Shown here: piece by piece, positions 35,930 through 48,500 of the stretch
How the letters are laid out: the number at the start of each line of letters is the position of its first letter
Numbering within the stretch: the first letter of the stretch is position 1
Source of the DNA: Selaginella moellendorffii
Taxonomy: Eukaryota > Plantae > Lycopodiophyta
Reading direction: 5' to 3'
DNA length: 64,000 bases
NCBI RefSeq assembly: GCF_000143415.4
Contig: NW_003314316.1
Span: 1,010,177-1,074,176 of the forward strand
Program-made: the position numbers and the translations under genes
Notes under the pieces: generated by a model
Seen by the model: the letters and a program-made list of their open reading frames with translations, nothing else
The model's database searches: none
What the model was told of the DNA's origin: nothing

Positions 35930-38165
35930 TTCAGCACTATAATAGATAGAATATTCGGAGATTCTTTGGATGCATTTGTTGTCTTATATATCGACGATAT
36001 TCTGGTCTTTAGTGAGACGTTGGAGGATCATTTGAAACACTTGGAGCTGGTGTTTCAAAAGTTGCGCGAACACAAATTGTATGCTAAGGAAAATAAATGT
36101 GCTTTTGGACAATTGTGCATAAACTTTCTCGGACATATAATTGGTGGTGGCGTAATTGAGGTCGATCCAAAGAAGGTGGAAGTGGTGAAGTCCTGGGAAG
36201 TCCCGACCACTGTATCAAATGTTCGTTCCTTTCTCGGTTTGGCGGGATACTATCGTAAGTTTGTCCGCAATTTTGCAAGAATTGCTCTTCCGTTGACTGA
36301 GTTAACGAAGAGTAGTATTCCATTTCATTAGACACCAGCTTGTCAGCGTGCTTTTGTACGATTGAAGGAGATCTTGACGACAGTTCCTGTTCTCAGGATC
36401 CCAAATCTTGATAAACCCTTCAAAGTGCATTGTGATGCGTCTGGCTATGCTATTGGTGCCGTGTTGCAACAAGATTGTGATAAAGCGATTGGTGTTACAC
36501 TAAGGTGACATGGTTGTCCCATTGCATTCTATTCCAAAAAATTGGATGAAACTCAACGAAGATGGCCAACACATGAGAAAGAGATGTTTGCTATAGTGTC
36601 GGCCCTAGAACACTGGAGACACTACTTGGGTGGACACACCAAGGTTTATACAGATAGTAACACACTAAGCTACTTTGCTACGCAGCCTAAGTTTATGCCG
36701 AAACAGGCTCGTTGGCAAGAGAAGCTTGTTAGATATGATATTGAAATCATATATAAACCTAGTAAAGACAATATTGTCCCGGATGCATTGAGTCGTCAAG
36801 CTCAGTTCTAGGCAATATCGGCAATTAGTTCGGACTGGTTAGAGGATGTTCGGGCTTCATACGGAAGTGATCCATTGGCGAAAGCAATCTTGCACCGTGC
36901 AGAGTTGTTGAAGCAAGACGCTGCTAGCGAAGCAGCAAAAGTTGCTAGTCGAACCAATGTGAAGCTTCACTTCTCAATTCGGGATGGGCTTATATTCTAT
37001 AAGCAAGAAAGATTGTATCTTCCCTCTAAGGATTTGCAGTAGTTGTTTCTGCGGGAACATCATGATGTTCTAGTAGCAGGATATGGTGGAAAGTAGAAGA
37101 CTCTAGCTTCATTGAAAAAGGGATTTTTTTGGTCTGGTATGGAAGGTGATGTAGCAGACTATGTCTGTTCCTACCCTATATGCTAGCAATGTAAGTGCAG
37201 AACTGAGAAGCAGGCTGGAAAGTTGCAATGTATTCCAACACCAGCATGGCCATTTCAAAGTGTGACACTTGATTTCACTTGCTTTCCGAAGTCTAAGGGT
37301 TATGATACTTTGATGGTGGTTGTGGATCGGTTGTCGAAGATTGCACACTTCATTCCAACTATGGGAACAGTAAATGTGAAACAAGCAGCAAAGCTCTTTT
37401 TCCATGAAGTAGTGCAGGTTCGTGGTCTTTCTAAAGAGATGATCTCGGATAGAGATTCGAGGTTTACGAGGAAGTTTTGGGGCACATTGTTCCAGCTGTT
37501 TGGTACCAAGTTGAAGTTTAGTACGGCTTATCATCCTCAAACTGATGGGCAGACCGAACGCGTCAATGCTCAAGTTGAGGATTATCTGTAGTACTATGTC
37601 GCGGCGGACCAACGTGACTGGGTTGAGCATTTGGATACAGTAAAAATTTGTTATAACAACACATTTCACAGCACTATAGGCTGTTCTCCATGGGAGATGC
37701 TACAAGGGAATGCTCATGGGGTGTCTCAACAGATTGTTGTACCGAAACCAATGACCAAAGTGTTGGTCCCGGCCGTTGAGACTTATGCAAAGCAGCTACG
37801 CCAAGGTTGGTTTAGAGCCACTGAGGTGATGGGCAAAGCTCAGGATAGGTATCGGCATGATAAGGATCAGCATTGTCAGGATATATCCTATCAAGTGGGA
37901 GATCAAGTGTGGCTATCTTCCTGGAACTTGAATATTAAGGGATCTTTATCTCGAAAGCTGTTGCCGAAATATGTTGGACCCTATCAGGTGTTAAAACGAA
38001 TTGGTGATGTATCCTATCGGTTGGATCTTCCTACGGAGATGTCCAATATTCATAATGTATTTCATGCCAATCTATTGACTCCTTACACTATGGATGTTGA
38101 GTGCCATGGGGAAATTTGTCCACTGCTAGAAGTTGTGGATGGTGAACCTGAGTATAAGAATTGTA
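35930..38165 (+). mobile_element. Degenerate Ty3/gypsy pol (RT C-terminus, RNase H, integrase, start of a chromodomain-like tail)
   Basis: VLYIDDILVFS, CDASGYAIGAVL, HEKEMFAIV, VVVDRLSK, SDRDSRF, YHPQTDGQTERVN, KYVGPYQV, VFHANLL and DGEPEY, in RT-RH-INT order. Several stops; gag and protease are missing. Confidence 0.93.
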
Positions 38166-38344
38166 ATAAAGATTAGCTTTTGTAAATCTTGTAATAAATC
38201 TTGCAAATTAATAAAGTAATATATATTTCTATCAATCAAAGTGTCATTTCTCTCGTTCGTTAGTACTTGGGTCAGTTTTGGCAGGCTGACTTTGGCACTT
38301 TGGTGCATAGGTCCAATCCATAACCATGGGGATAACTATTATAG

Positions 38345-39670
38345 ATTGATCACAAGTCCCCACCTCTCTCTCGATGACTCATTTTTGCAAAGGGGCATGG
38401 TCGTGTAAACAACTTAATCTGCCCGTTTATAATAGTTGTCTAAATCTTCCCGATGGGGTTGATTTCTTGCTCATGGGAAGTTGGGCCTCTAGCCTTCTCC
38501 CTATGTCCCTGCGGGCAGGGATGTATCATTCCTTTGTAAGCCGAGTGGTACTTGGAGTAGTAGGGGTGGCTAACTCCGTTAGTCATTTCCTTGTCAGCGA
38601 CGGTCGGAGGGTGTTTGAGTTTTAGCATCTTTGGACGTAGAGGAGAGGTTGTTTTGTAACTCATTTAAGTTGGTATGTTTCCCATATAGTGTGCTTTCCG
38701 TTAACTTTCGGAGTTGTTTCCTTGATGGTTTGCTAGACTCAGGTATGTATCGACGAAGACGTTAATCTTCCCCAAGGGGAGGAGAGTGTCACGAATGTGA
38801 CTTCAGGTATTGAAAGATACTTGTCAGCCAATCCTTACGGACACTCTTTCCTTACTACCACAACAGCAAGAGGTCGGTACTGCTGGTCCCTTTTATGGTC
38901 TCCACTCAAGCTAGTTGAGAAACTGGTCATCACGTATGCACTTGATTAGATGAGCATAAAGACGGAATTCCTACATGCTATTTGTCAAGCATACTTGACT
39001 TGGTTAGAGAAACTCATTTGTTGACTTGCACTTACTAGTGTTAGGAACCCCCGCAATATTGAGACTATTCCCTCAATATTCGCTAAATGATAACTTACTG
39101 TGTCTGCCAAACACCCTCGCTATCATGCCCTTTGTGTTAGGCTCATTTTGATCCCAAATGTTAATTATGGAAAGTGTCTAGATTTGCTTATTTGGCATAT
39201 CTACGTAATGTAGAGATTGGCCTAAACACAATGGTGTTCATCCCATGTCCAAATTCACAATTTAACGCCATTTCATATTTAATAAGTTTCAGACTTATCC
39301 CAGAGACTAACTCCTGGTACTAAGAGAGGCTTGGGGGGGGGGGGGCTGTGGGGGGTTCCAAATGTATAGTAGGGATATTGGTTAGATTGCATGTCCGACC
39401 ACTTGAGACATTAATTTGGCTTCCGCTGGGCTGTGTCACTCCTTGTTCTGTGTCTAGCTTGGGTCTAAGCCCAAGTTCCACGCTGCTCTAGTCGGTGGGC
39501 TACCCTCCTTTTCACGTTCGGCCACCGGTATGCCAAAATTGTGCCAGACTCCATCTGACACCATTTTGTGTGCAGGTGCTACATATGGGGAGCTGGTGCT
39601 CGTGGGATTGTACCAGACCCTCGTTTCGTAGCGCAACAAGTTTGGAGTTCGGCTCTAAATTCATGTGCGC
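38345..39670 (+). repeat. Putative 3' LTR of the gypsy element
   Basis: Similar to 34330-35560. Its last ~330 bp recur at 45430-45530 plus 49736-50050. Confidence 0.55.
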
Positions 39671-39714
39671 TCCAAATGGTAAATCAAGACATTATTAGTT
39701 TTCTCAATTTCTTA

Positions 39715-39930
39715 TTATAAAATATCAGCAACAACATCCTGCTCCTGCATTTGCATAAAGAGCTTGGAAGCCACCTCCAGATCGCCGATCTCGAAACGTC
39801 TAAAGATCATAGAAGTCCACGAGGTGACATTCCTGTGAGGCATTTCTTGGAAGAGCTGCCAAGCCACCCCAGCCCCCCACCGCACTTGAAATACAAGTCC
39901 ATCAAAATATTCTCCAGCAAGATCGATGGA
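39715..39930 (-). pseudogene. PLS-class PPR fragment, repeated in every array unit
   Basis: LENILMDLYFKCG, then a frameshift to AWQLFQEMPHRNVTSWTSMI...GDLEVASKLFMQMQEQDVVA. Confidence 0.75.
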
Positions 39931-40653
39931 GAAAGCGCCGAGCTGCCGACCTCTGCCGAACATCGTAGTGAATCCTCCTCCTGCTCCCAATATCTCTCGA
40001 TCTGGCAACGCAATGTTTCAGCGCTGCGACAGTGGCTCCCATGCCCGGCGCCTGGCCGCTGCGCCGCTGCGAATCGTATGCTTGCAGCGCATTGCCGCAT
40101 CCCTCGCGAGTGCAACATCGCATTCATGGCCACAAATTTCTTTTTGAAAAAGCTTATAACATAAAGCTTCTGATTACGTTTCAAAGTCAGAGTAATTTTG
40201 GATAAGAGTGTAATTGGGAGAGGCAGGTGTGGTGTGGAAAGGTCTTTGCCAATTTAGTCTGTTGAAAGCTCGAGCAATTTGTGTTCCTGTATAGTAAAAC
40301 ATGCCCATTTACTGTAGTATGCAAAAACCATTGGTACAGCCCAGTTGCTACAAAGACACTAATAGAAATGTTGCAAACACCATTAGAAGAATTGCTAATG
40401 TATATGAATCTGACATTTTGCTTCAACATGTGAACTATCTTAAATTGGCAGAAAATAACTACAGAAAGCAAAAGCAAAGCAAAAGTTCCAGATGGCATGG
40501 GCATCCATCACGAATCTAAAATAGAATAATACAAATAATAATCTTATGGGCGCTCAATGAGCCACAAACGTCCAAACTAATGAGCTACTAACATTACTAC
40601 AGAGGAAGATTTTTCTCTTTTATTTGGCAATTTTATTTGAACCATGGAGCTCT

Positions 40654-40959
40654 TTAGCACTGGATGAAGAAGCTGTTCCATCCAAAGCCCGAGCAGTCCT
40701 GTACAGAGGCACTAAACCGTGTCTGCGCCACACCTTGGCAGTTTGCCGTGTTGTAGGCCGCAGCAGTCTGGCCCTGGTACCCAAAGCTGTAGCCGCCGTG
40801 CTGCGAGGCTCCAACATTGGTGCATCCACAAGCACTGTAGCGCACCCGCTGATTGTTACACCCGGGCCCTGCCCAAGTATCGAAGTAGCTTGCATTGGCC
40901 GTGATCATTGATCCCAAGACAATGACCGCCACAAGAACGAGCACCATTTTTCCTGCCAT
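40654..40959 (-). CDS. MiAMP1-family secreted antimicrobial peptide precursor (101 aa)
   Basis: Signal peptide, then SYFDTWAGPGCNN..RYSACGCTN...HGGYSFGYQGQTAAAYNTANCQG...QDCSGFGWNSFFIQC, the 6-Cys MiAMP1 pattern. Confidence 0.93.
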   Translation of the reverse strand: MAGKMVLVLVAVIVLGSMITANASYFDTWAGPGCNNQRVRYSACGCTNVGASQHGGYSFGYQGQTAAAYNTANCQGVAQTRFSASVQDCSGFGWNSFFIQC

Positions 40960-41720
40960 TGTCACGCAAACACAAAGCTATGCTATGATCGTCAATCAAA
41001 TGAAAACTCTCTCAAGGAAGATCCAATGAACATCTAAGAGCACACAACAGTGAGATTTATACACCACCTCTTGCACGCGCCAAACAGTCAAGGGTCATCT
41101 TTTGCATGCGCAGTCAATGACGTGCACAAGCCCTAAAATATTATCATTATTGAAAACCTAATTGTACGTAGGAAAAAATGGTGGAAAAGGCCGCTTTCCA
41201 TTGGCAGGCCAGCGCCGAGCATTTATTCGCGATCAGCCAGGACAGAAGGTGTGTGATTAAAAAGGAGAGGGAGTGTTAGAGCCACGTGGTGTACAGCCAG
41301 CTGGCTTTTGTTTTGGTCTCGTCCTGGAGTTTTCTTCTGGAATATATGGTCAAAGACAACCTTACAGGTGAATGGTAAATCAAGACATTGATAGTTTTCT
41401 CAATTTCTTGTTACAAAATATCAGCAACAACATCCTGCTCCTGCATTTGCATAAAGAGCTTGGAAGCCACCTCCGGATCGCCGATCTCGAAACGTCTAAG
41501 GATCATAGAAGTCCACGAGGTGACATTCCTGTGAGGCATTTCTTGGAAGAGCTGCCAAGCCTCCCCAGCCCCCCACCGCACTTGAAATACAAGTCCATCA
41601 AAATATTCTCCAGCAAGATCGATGGAGAAAGCGCTGAGCTGCCGACCTCTGCCGAACATCATAGTGAATCCTCCTCCCGCTCCCAATATCTCTCGATCTG
41701 GCAACACAATGTTTCAGCGC

Positions 41721-44700
41721 AGGACGGGATTGCCATGGTGACTCGTGGTAATCAGCACACACAAGCAGGGCACTCCTCTATCTTTAATCAACTTGGAAAT
41801 AAGTGCTCCAACAGCACTGAGGAAAAGCCAGCCATGAAGCGGAAATTCAATTTGAAGTGTGGGACGTGTTCAAAGCGTGGGCACCTGAGGGATTGTCCAG
41901 TGAAGAAGCAACTGTCGTGAGACAAAATTGAAAAATGAGCGTGGATCTTCCTCTAGTGCGGCACCACATTTTAAAAGTCAACACTGAGATGATGGTGACG
42001 ATGAAGACTCTTCCGCTATGGCTAATGGCTTGTCATGGATGACTCTGAGGAGTAGAGGTGGATACCACAAGCCATGTTCTTTGGCTGGATTCAGCAGCAA
42101 CGAATCACTCAACTTTTGACCGTGAGCTATTTTTGGAGATGAGGAAATGCACTGACCAAGTTCGACTCACAGATAACAGTTGAAGGTGTGGGCACGATTG
42201 AAGTGCGACTACCCACAGGCTTGGTGGTTCCAGTCAAGCATGTGTGGTACATCCCCAAGGCTCAACATTCCTTCCTTGGATGGAGCAAGGATTCAACTTG
42301 GAATTTCGTGGTGATCGTGTCAAGATCACACATCCAGAGGTTGGACATGTCGCTTCAGCAAGCACGATGGATTGCGAGGTTTGTGTTCCAGGGAAGCTGC
42401 TAGCTACGATGACAGTGGCTACTGCGAGTTCATCTTCAGGGGGAGCTGTAGATATCCAAACTTGGCATCGTCGACTTGGCCACATGAATCATAAGACGAT
42501 CCAGCAGTTGCAGCGAGACCACGTGGTTGATGGCTTGGCCATCATGTCTTTTTCAATGCTATTGCGAGCCATGCATCATGGGAAAGCAGCATCGTCAGGC
42601 ATTCAACTCTGGCGGGAGTGTTCGGGTGACAAGTCCTCTTCAGCTGGTTCACTCAGACTTATGTGGCCCTTTTCAAGTGATGACACAGCGCAAGAAGTAC
42701 TTTATTTCGTTTATTGATGATGCTACGAGGTATGTGGCTGTTAAGTTCTTAGCTACTAAGGACGAAGCTTTGCTAGCATTTAAGGCTTATAAGCATGAAG
42801 TGGAGAACCAGCTTGATTTACGCATCAAAGTGCTCCGCTCTGATGGAGGAGGTGAGTACGTGTCCGTTCATTTTTCTGATTACTGCGAGAAAGCAGGAAT
42901 TCAGCGGCAATTCACAGTTCCATACACTCCTGAGCTTAACGGGGTAGCTGAGCGGTTTAACAGGACAGTGGTGGAGCTGGCTAGGACGATGATTGCTCCT
43001 CCTAGGTTTTGGGATCATGCGATAGCCACAGCTGTCTTCATGCGTAATAGGGTGTTGACCACAGCTGTTCAAGGCAAGACACCTTATGAGGCTTGGACTG
43101 GACAACGTCCACGCATGGATATCTTACGGCGGTTTGGCTGTCTAGCCTTTTCTCATGTTCCTAATGAGCTACGCAGGAAATTGGATGTTAAATCCAAGAA
43201 GTGTGTATTTCTGGGCTATAGTGATGAGCAGCGAGGATATCGACTCCTTCATCTAGACTTGGGAAAAGAGTTTGTGAGTCTAGATGTCATCTTTGATGAA
43301 TCTCGTGTGTATTTTCAACGTCAAGTTCCTTCTACAGGTTTTCTTTGTGGAGAAAGTAGGGCGAGCTCACAGCCTGTTTTCTTTCATCCATGGGAGGATG
43401 ATCCTCTACCTCGACTTGGCTGTGCTTATGCTCCAGCTGCGGGGAGCTTCAACCTCTGCTGTGACACGAGAAATAGAGCCTGATCACGTTCCTGAGGTGG
43501 TTCCTGATCCTGAGCCCGAGCACAATATTCCTGAACCTTCCTGAACCTGTGCGTCACCGAGATCCTGATCTTATCCAGGTTTTGAGCCGCTCTGGTCGCC
43601 CTTTAACCTATATAGCGAAGGGTGAAGCTTATCAGCGAGAGCAAGCTGAGAAGCGAGCACGAGCAGCTGCTAGAGCTTCTTATTATCAGAGTCGAACGGC
43701 TATGTTCACAGCAGCAGAGGTGAAGATTCCGGTTACACTTGCACAAGCTAAGAAATCTCCTTATGCTGCTGCACGGGGTGACGCTATTGATGCTGAGATG
43801 CGAGCTCATGCAATGAATGAAACCTGGTATCTTCCTGATGAAGTTCCTGACAATGCTAATGTAGTTTCGACAAAGCTACTTTTCTGCGTGAAAGCTGGAC
43901 CTTCAGGAGAAGTGCAGCGCTTTAAAGCTAGGCTTGTGGCACGAGGCTTTACTCAGATCGAAGGCATAGACTTTACAGAAACTTTCAGCCCGGTCGTGAA
44001 GATGGCTTCTATCAGGCTGTTACTTGCTTTAGCAGCGCAACATGATCTTTATGTGGAGCAAATGGATGTGAAGACTGCATTTTTACATGGAGAAATTCCT
44101 GAGGAGGTTTACATCCAGCTCCCGACAGGCCTAGATCCAAGCCAAAGGATTTATCGGCTGAAGAAGGCTTTATACGGCCTGAAACAAAGTCCACGCATCT
44201 GGTATAAGAAAATCGATTCTTTTCTGATTTCTCTTGGATTCCAGAAAAACCATGCCGACTCAAACGTTTATATGAAGATTGAGGATGGTGCTTTGGTCAT
44301 TTTGGCCTTGTATGTGGACGATGGTATCTTTGTTTCCAACAACAGAGATCTTCTTGCTGAAATCAAGAGAAAGCTAGGAACCCAGTTTGAGATGCAAGAT
44401 CTTGGCCCCGTGCACACTTTCCTTGGGATTCAAGTTCAGTGACCACAGCCAGGAGTTGTGACACTCTCACAACGAGCTTATGTGGAGGAAGTATTGCGCA
44501 GGTTTGGCCTTGAGAACCTCAACCCTTCCATTACTTCAATGCAAGCGAGTACTCATTTGTCTGCTGAGATGTCTCTTAGTGAGGTTGAGACGCAACAGAT
44601 GGAGCTTGTGCCATATCGCCAGGTCGTTGGATGCTTAATCTACTTGGCCGTTTGTACCCGCCCAGACATTGCTTATTCTGTGGGAGAGGTGGCTAAGTAT

Positions 44701-45257
44701 ATGGCAAATCCAGGTTGGCAACATTGGCAAGTTGTGAAGCGCATCTTGTGCTATCTCAGACGCACTGCTAATTTTGGCCTAAGCTATCAACGGCAGGTTT
44801 CTGGTCACACATTTATTTTGCGAGGCTATGCAGATGCAGATTATGCAGGGGATTTAGACGACAGGAAGTCTACATCCGGCTATTGCTTTTTCCTTGGTGA
44901 TGGAGTGCTAACTTGGAGCAGCAAGTGGCAAGCTTGACAGCCTTGTCGACAACTGAAGCGGAGTATCTAGCTTTGACAGGGGCAGCACAAGAGGCAAACA
45001 TCTAGAAGTGCTTGGAGTATGCGACCTGTCCTCGCAGGGCTCTGGCTAGGTGGGCGGCAATGGTCACGCTGGTGATAAAGATCCAGAGTGTTAGAGCCAC
45101 GTGGCGTATAGCCACCTGGTTGAGTCCCATTCCTTCAGTTTAGGGCTTTCTTAGTTTTCTTTCCCATCCTGTGTGAGATCCATCCCAGGGGATTGTTCTG
45201 GGAGTGTTCTCATTCTCTATAGAGCGCTAGGTTGTGAGGGCTGGCTTCTCTCATCAC
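41721..45257 (+). mobile_element. Degenerate Ty1/copia element (gag knuckle, protease, integrase, RT, partial RNase H, candidate 3' LTR from 45089)
   Basis: CGTCSKRGH, WLDSAATNH, WHRRLGH, VHSDLCGP, LRSDGGGEY, NGVAERFNRT, FKARLVARGF, QMDVKTAFLHG, LYVDD, YADADYAGD. Frameshifts and stops present. Confidence 0.92.
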
Positions 45258-45259
45258 AA

Positions 45260-45303
<44 letters not shown>

Positions 45304-45530
45304 GGGGGGCTTGTTCTGGATCCACATTTGGAGTGATCGCCTCTTTTGCCGCTACTCCTGGCATGATCAATTAGAAAAAAAAAATCTCTCCCTCACTGAA
45401 TCAATGATAGTGAGCAAAGAATTGGATAGGGGGGCTGTGGGGGGTTCCAAATGTATAGCAGGGATACCAGTTAAATTGCATGTCCGACCACTTAAGACAT
45501 TAATTTGGCTCCCGTTGGGTTGTGTCACTC

Positions 45531-48500
45531 TCTAACGAAAGGTGAAACCGTGTGATGGTGCTCAAGAGAATGAAAAATGTACATATGTGTGACATGGTGA
45601 ACTGATGAAGACTCGTGTCTCTCCACATGGACTAGCCACGTGGCACAGGGCCACTCTCAACACTCCCACTGGCACTGTGGCCATCACGAGTGATGCTCAT
45701 CAGTGGAGAAAGTCCCAGCCCTTCGCGATGGACTTGAAATTGATCTCGGGGTAGTGCTTTTGTGAAGATATCTGCAACTTGAGTGGTCGTGTCGCAGTAG
45801 ATCAGCTCAATTGTGCCATCTTCCACTTTCTCACAAACAAAATGATGATGAATCCCAAAGTGTTTGGTGCGTGAATGAAAGCGAGGATTGGCCGCTAACG
45901 CAATGCAGCTTTGATTGTCACAGAAGAGGCGAGTGGGAGTCTTCACACTCACACCAAGGTTAGAAAGTAGTGAGCGTAACCACACACCTTCTTTGGTAGC
46001 TTGTGAGGCTGCCAAATATTCTGCTTCAGTACTAGAGGTTGCCACTGTACTTTGCTTCCTGCTGCACCACGAGACTGTCGCACTGCCCAGGGAAAACGAA
46101 TAGCCAGAGGTGGACTTGCGTGTGTCACAGTCTCCCCCAAAATCAGCATCACAGTAGCCCGTGAGGGTAAGCACTTTTCCCTGGTAGCACAATCCAAGGT
46201 AAGTAGTACCTCGAAGGTACCTGAAGATGCGTTTCACCGCTGCCCAATGTTGAGATCCAGGATTAGCCAGGAATTGGCTAACTTTGCTGACGGCAAAAGA
46301 AATATCTGGGCGCGTACAAACAGCTGGATACATGAGACTGCCAACAGCTTGTCTGTAAGGGATGGAGTCCATGGCTCTCTTGTCGTCCTCTGTCTCAGGA
46401 GACATGGCTCGTGAAAGCTGGCAGCCTAGTTCCATTGGTGTCGCCACTGGATTAGAGCTCGTCATAGAAAACCTGGCCAGCATCTCTTCTATATACTTGG
46501 CTTGGTGAAGATAGATAGTGCGTTGAGAGCGATCACGCACAAGTTCCATGCCAAGAAAGTAGGAAGCCGAGCCAAGAGTTTTCATCTCAAATTGGCTGCA
46601 AAGATCTCGCTTAACCTGGAGAAACATTAAGCGATGATTATGGATGACAAGAGTATCATCAACATAAAGAGCGATGATCACAAATGATTCACCCTCCACC
46701 CGAATATAAAGATTCGGGTCTGCCTCGCAAGATCTGGGTGCTTGTTTCAAGCCGTAGACAGCTTTCTTGAGAAGCCAGAGATGATCCTCTTTTCCAGCGG
46801 CTAGAAATCCTTCTGGCTGTGCCATATAGATTTCTTCTTCAAGCGCGCCATAAAGAAACGCCGTGGTCACATCCATCTGTTCCAGATCAAAGTCTCCCAC
46901 CGCAGCAAAATTAATCAAGGAACGAAGAGTTGAATGCTTAACCACTGGAGCAAAGGTGTCGTTGTAGTCAAGTCCAGGAACTTGTGAGCATCCTTTCGCC
47001 ACCAATCGCGCCTTGTAGCGAACCGAGCCATCAGGATTAAGCTTCAGAGCATACACCCACATGCTCTTGATAATCTGGCGATTGGAAGGCACAGTTGGAA
47101 CAAGAACATGTGTCTCGTTCTTTTGCTGTGAAGTAATCTCGGCTTCCATTGCTACACGCCAGTAAGACGCTTCCTGTGAGGCCATGGCTTCTCCATAGGT
47201 CCTCGGAACAGTAGGAGTCCCAGCTGCACGAGAGGAGACCATTGTCTCGATGAGACGCTCAGTAGGCCGCCTTGTGCGGATCGATCTGCGTAGAGGATCT
47301 GGAGGAGGCGGCGGGGTTGGTGGTGTTGGAGTAGAAGCGGGCATGGGTTGTTGTGTAGGGACTGTTTGAAGCGGCACAGTGATCGTGCCGACAGTCAACT
47401 GATCTTGTTCCGCTTCAACGTCATTTTCTTCGGTCAAGGTAGGTCTGGAAGTAGAACCTTGACTAGAAGGAAGAAACGAATTCTCGTTGAAAACCACATC
47501 TCTTCTCAGGATCTCCTGCTTCGTGATTGGATTCCAGAGACGATAGGCTTTGTGATCGAGGCTGTAGCCCACAAACACAGCCTTCTGGCCCTTGGGATCC
47601 AATTTCTTGCGCATTCCATCAGGGATGTGTGCCCACGCTTCACACCCGAATATTCTCAGATGCGTAACTGTAGGTTTCTTGCCACTCCATGCTTCTTCAG
47701 GAGTGATGTCAGCAAGGGCAGAGGTGGGGAGCCGGTTCTGGAGATAGTTCGCCGTCAAGACAGCGTGAAACCAGAAGCTGCGAGGCAAACCACTGGAAAG
47801 TAGCATTGCCCGAGCACTCTCCACTAGTGTGCGATTCTTGCGCTCAGCTACGCCATTCTGTTGTGGAGTCTCTCGCGTTGTAAGTTCTCGCACAATCCCT
47901 CCTTGCTCACACAGCTGGTTGAAAGCATTGGAAGTGTATTCGCCTCCACCATCACTTCTCAATCGCTTGAGCATTTTCCCAGTTTGTTTTTCTCCCATAT
48001 CCTTGAAAGTCTGGAAGTAGTGTAACGATTGGGATTTGCGAGCCATAGGGTAGATCATAGTCCGACGACTGTAGTCATCAATGAAACTGATAAAGTATTG
48101 GATACCTCCCACTGCTGTGGTGGCCATCGGGCCACACACATCAGTGTGTACAAGTTCCATGAGCTCTGTAGCTCGAGATGCTCCAGTCTTGGGGAAAGGT
48201 TGGCGAGTAGATTTTCCTAGCTGACAGCCCTGGCAAAATGGAAGAACGGCTCTTGGGTCCAGGTCTAGACCTTCAACCATCTGCTCGCGTGCGAGCTGCT
48301 TGATTCTATCAGCACTAGGATGCCCCAGGCGTGCGTGCCAAAGCTCCAGTGAGTGACTGGTCGTTGTCTTTTGTGCGTGTAGGCCCAGACTCCGTCCAGC
48401 AAGATCTGGCAGCATGGTAAGGCGGTAGAGGTCACGCCGTCCAGGCCGGGACGCTGTGAGGATGGCTCCTGTGGTCGAGATCAGCTGGAATTGGCGAGGT

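Noticed and set aside
39751-40911. Overlapping ORFs in each array unit (137/162, 125, 105, 95 and 91 aa)
   Set aside because: Most are antisense or alternative frames of the PPR fragment and the MiAMP1 gene, with no recognisable domains. They recur only because the DNA is duplicated.
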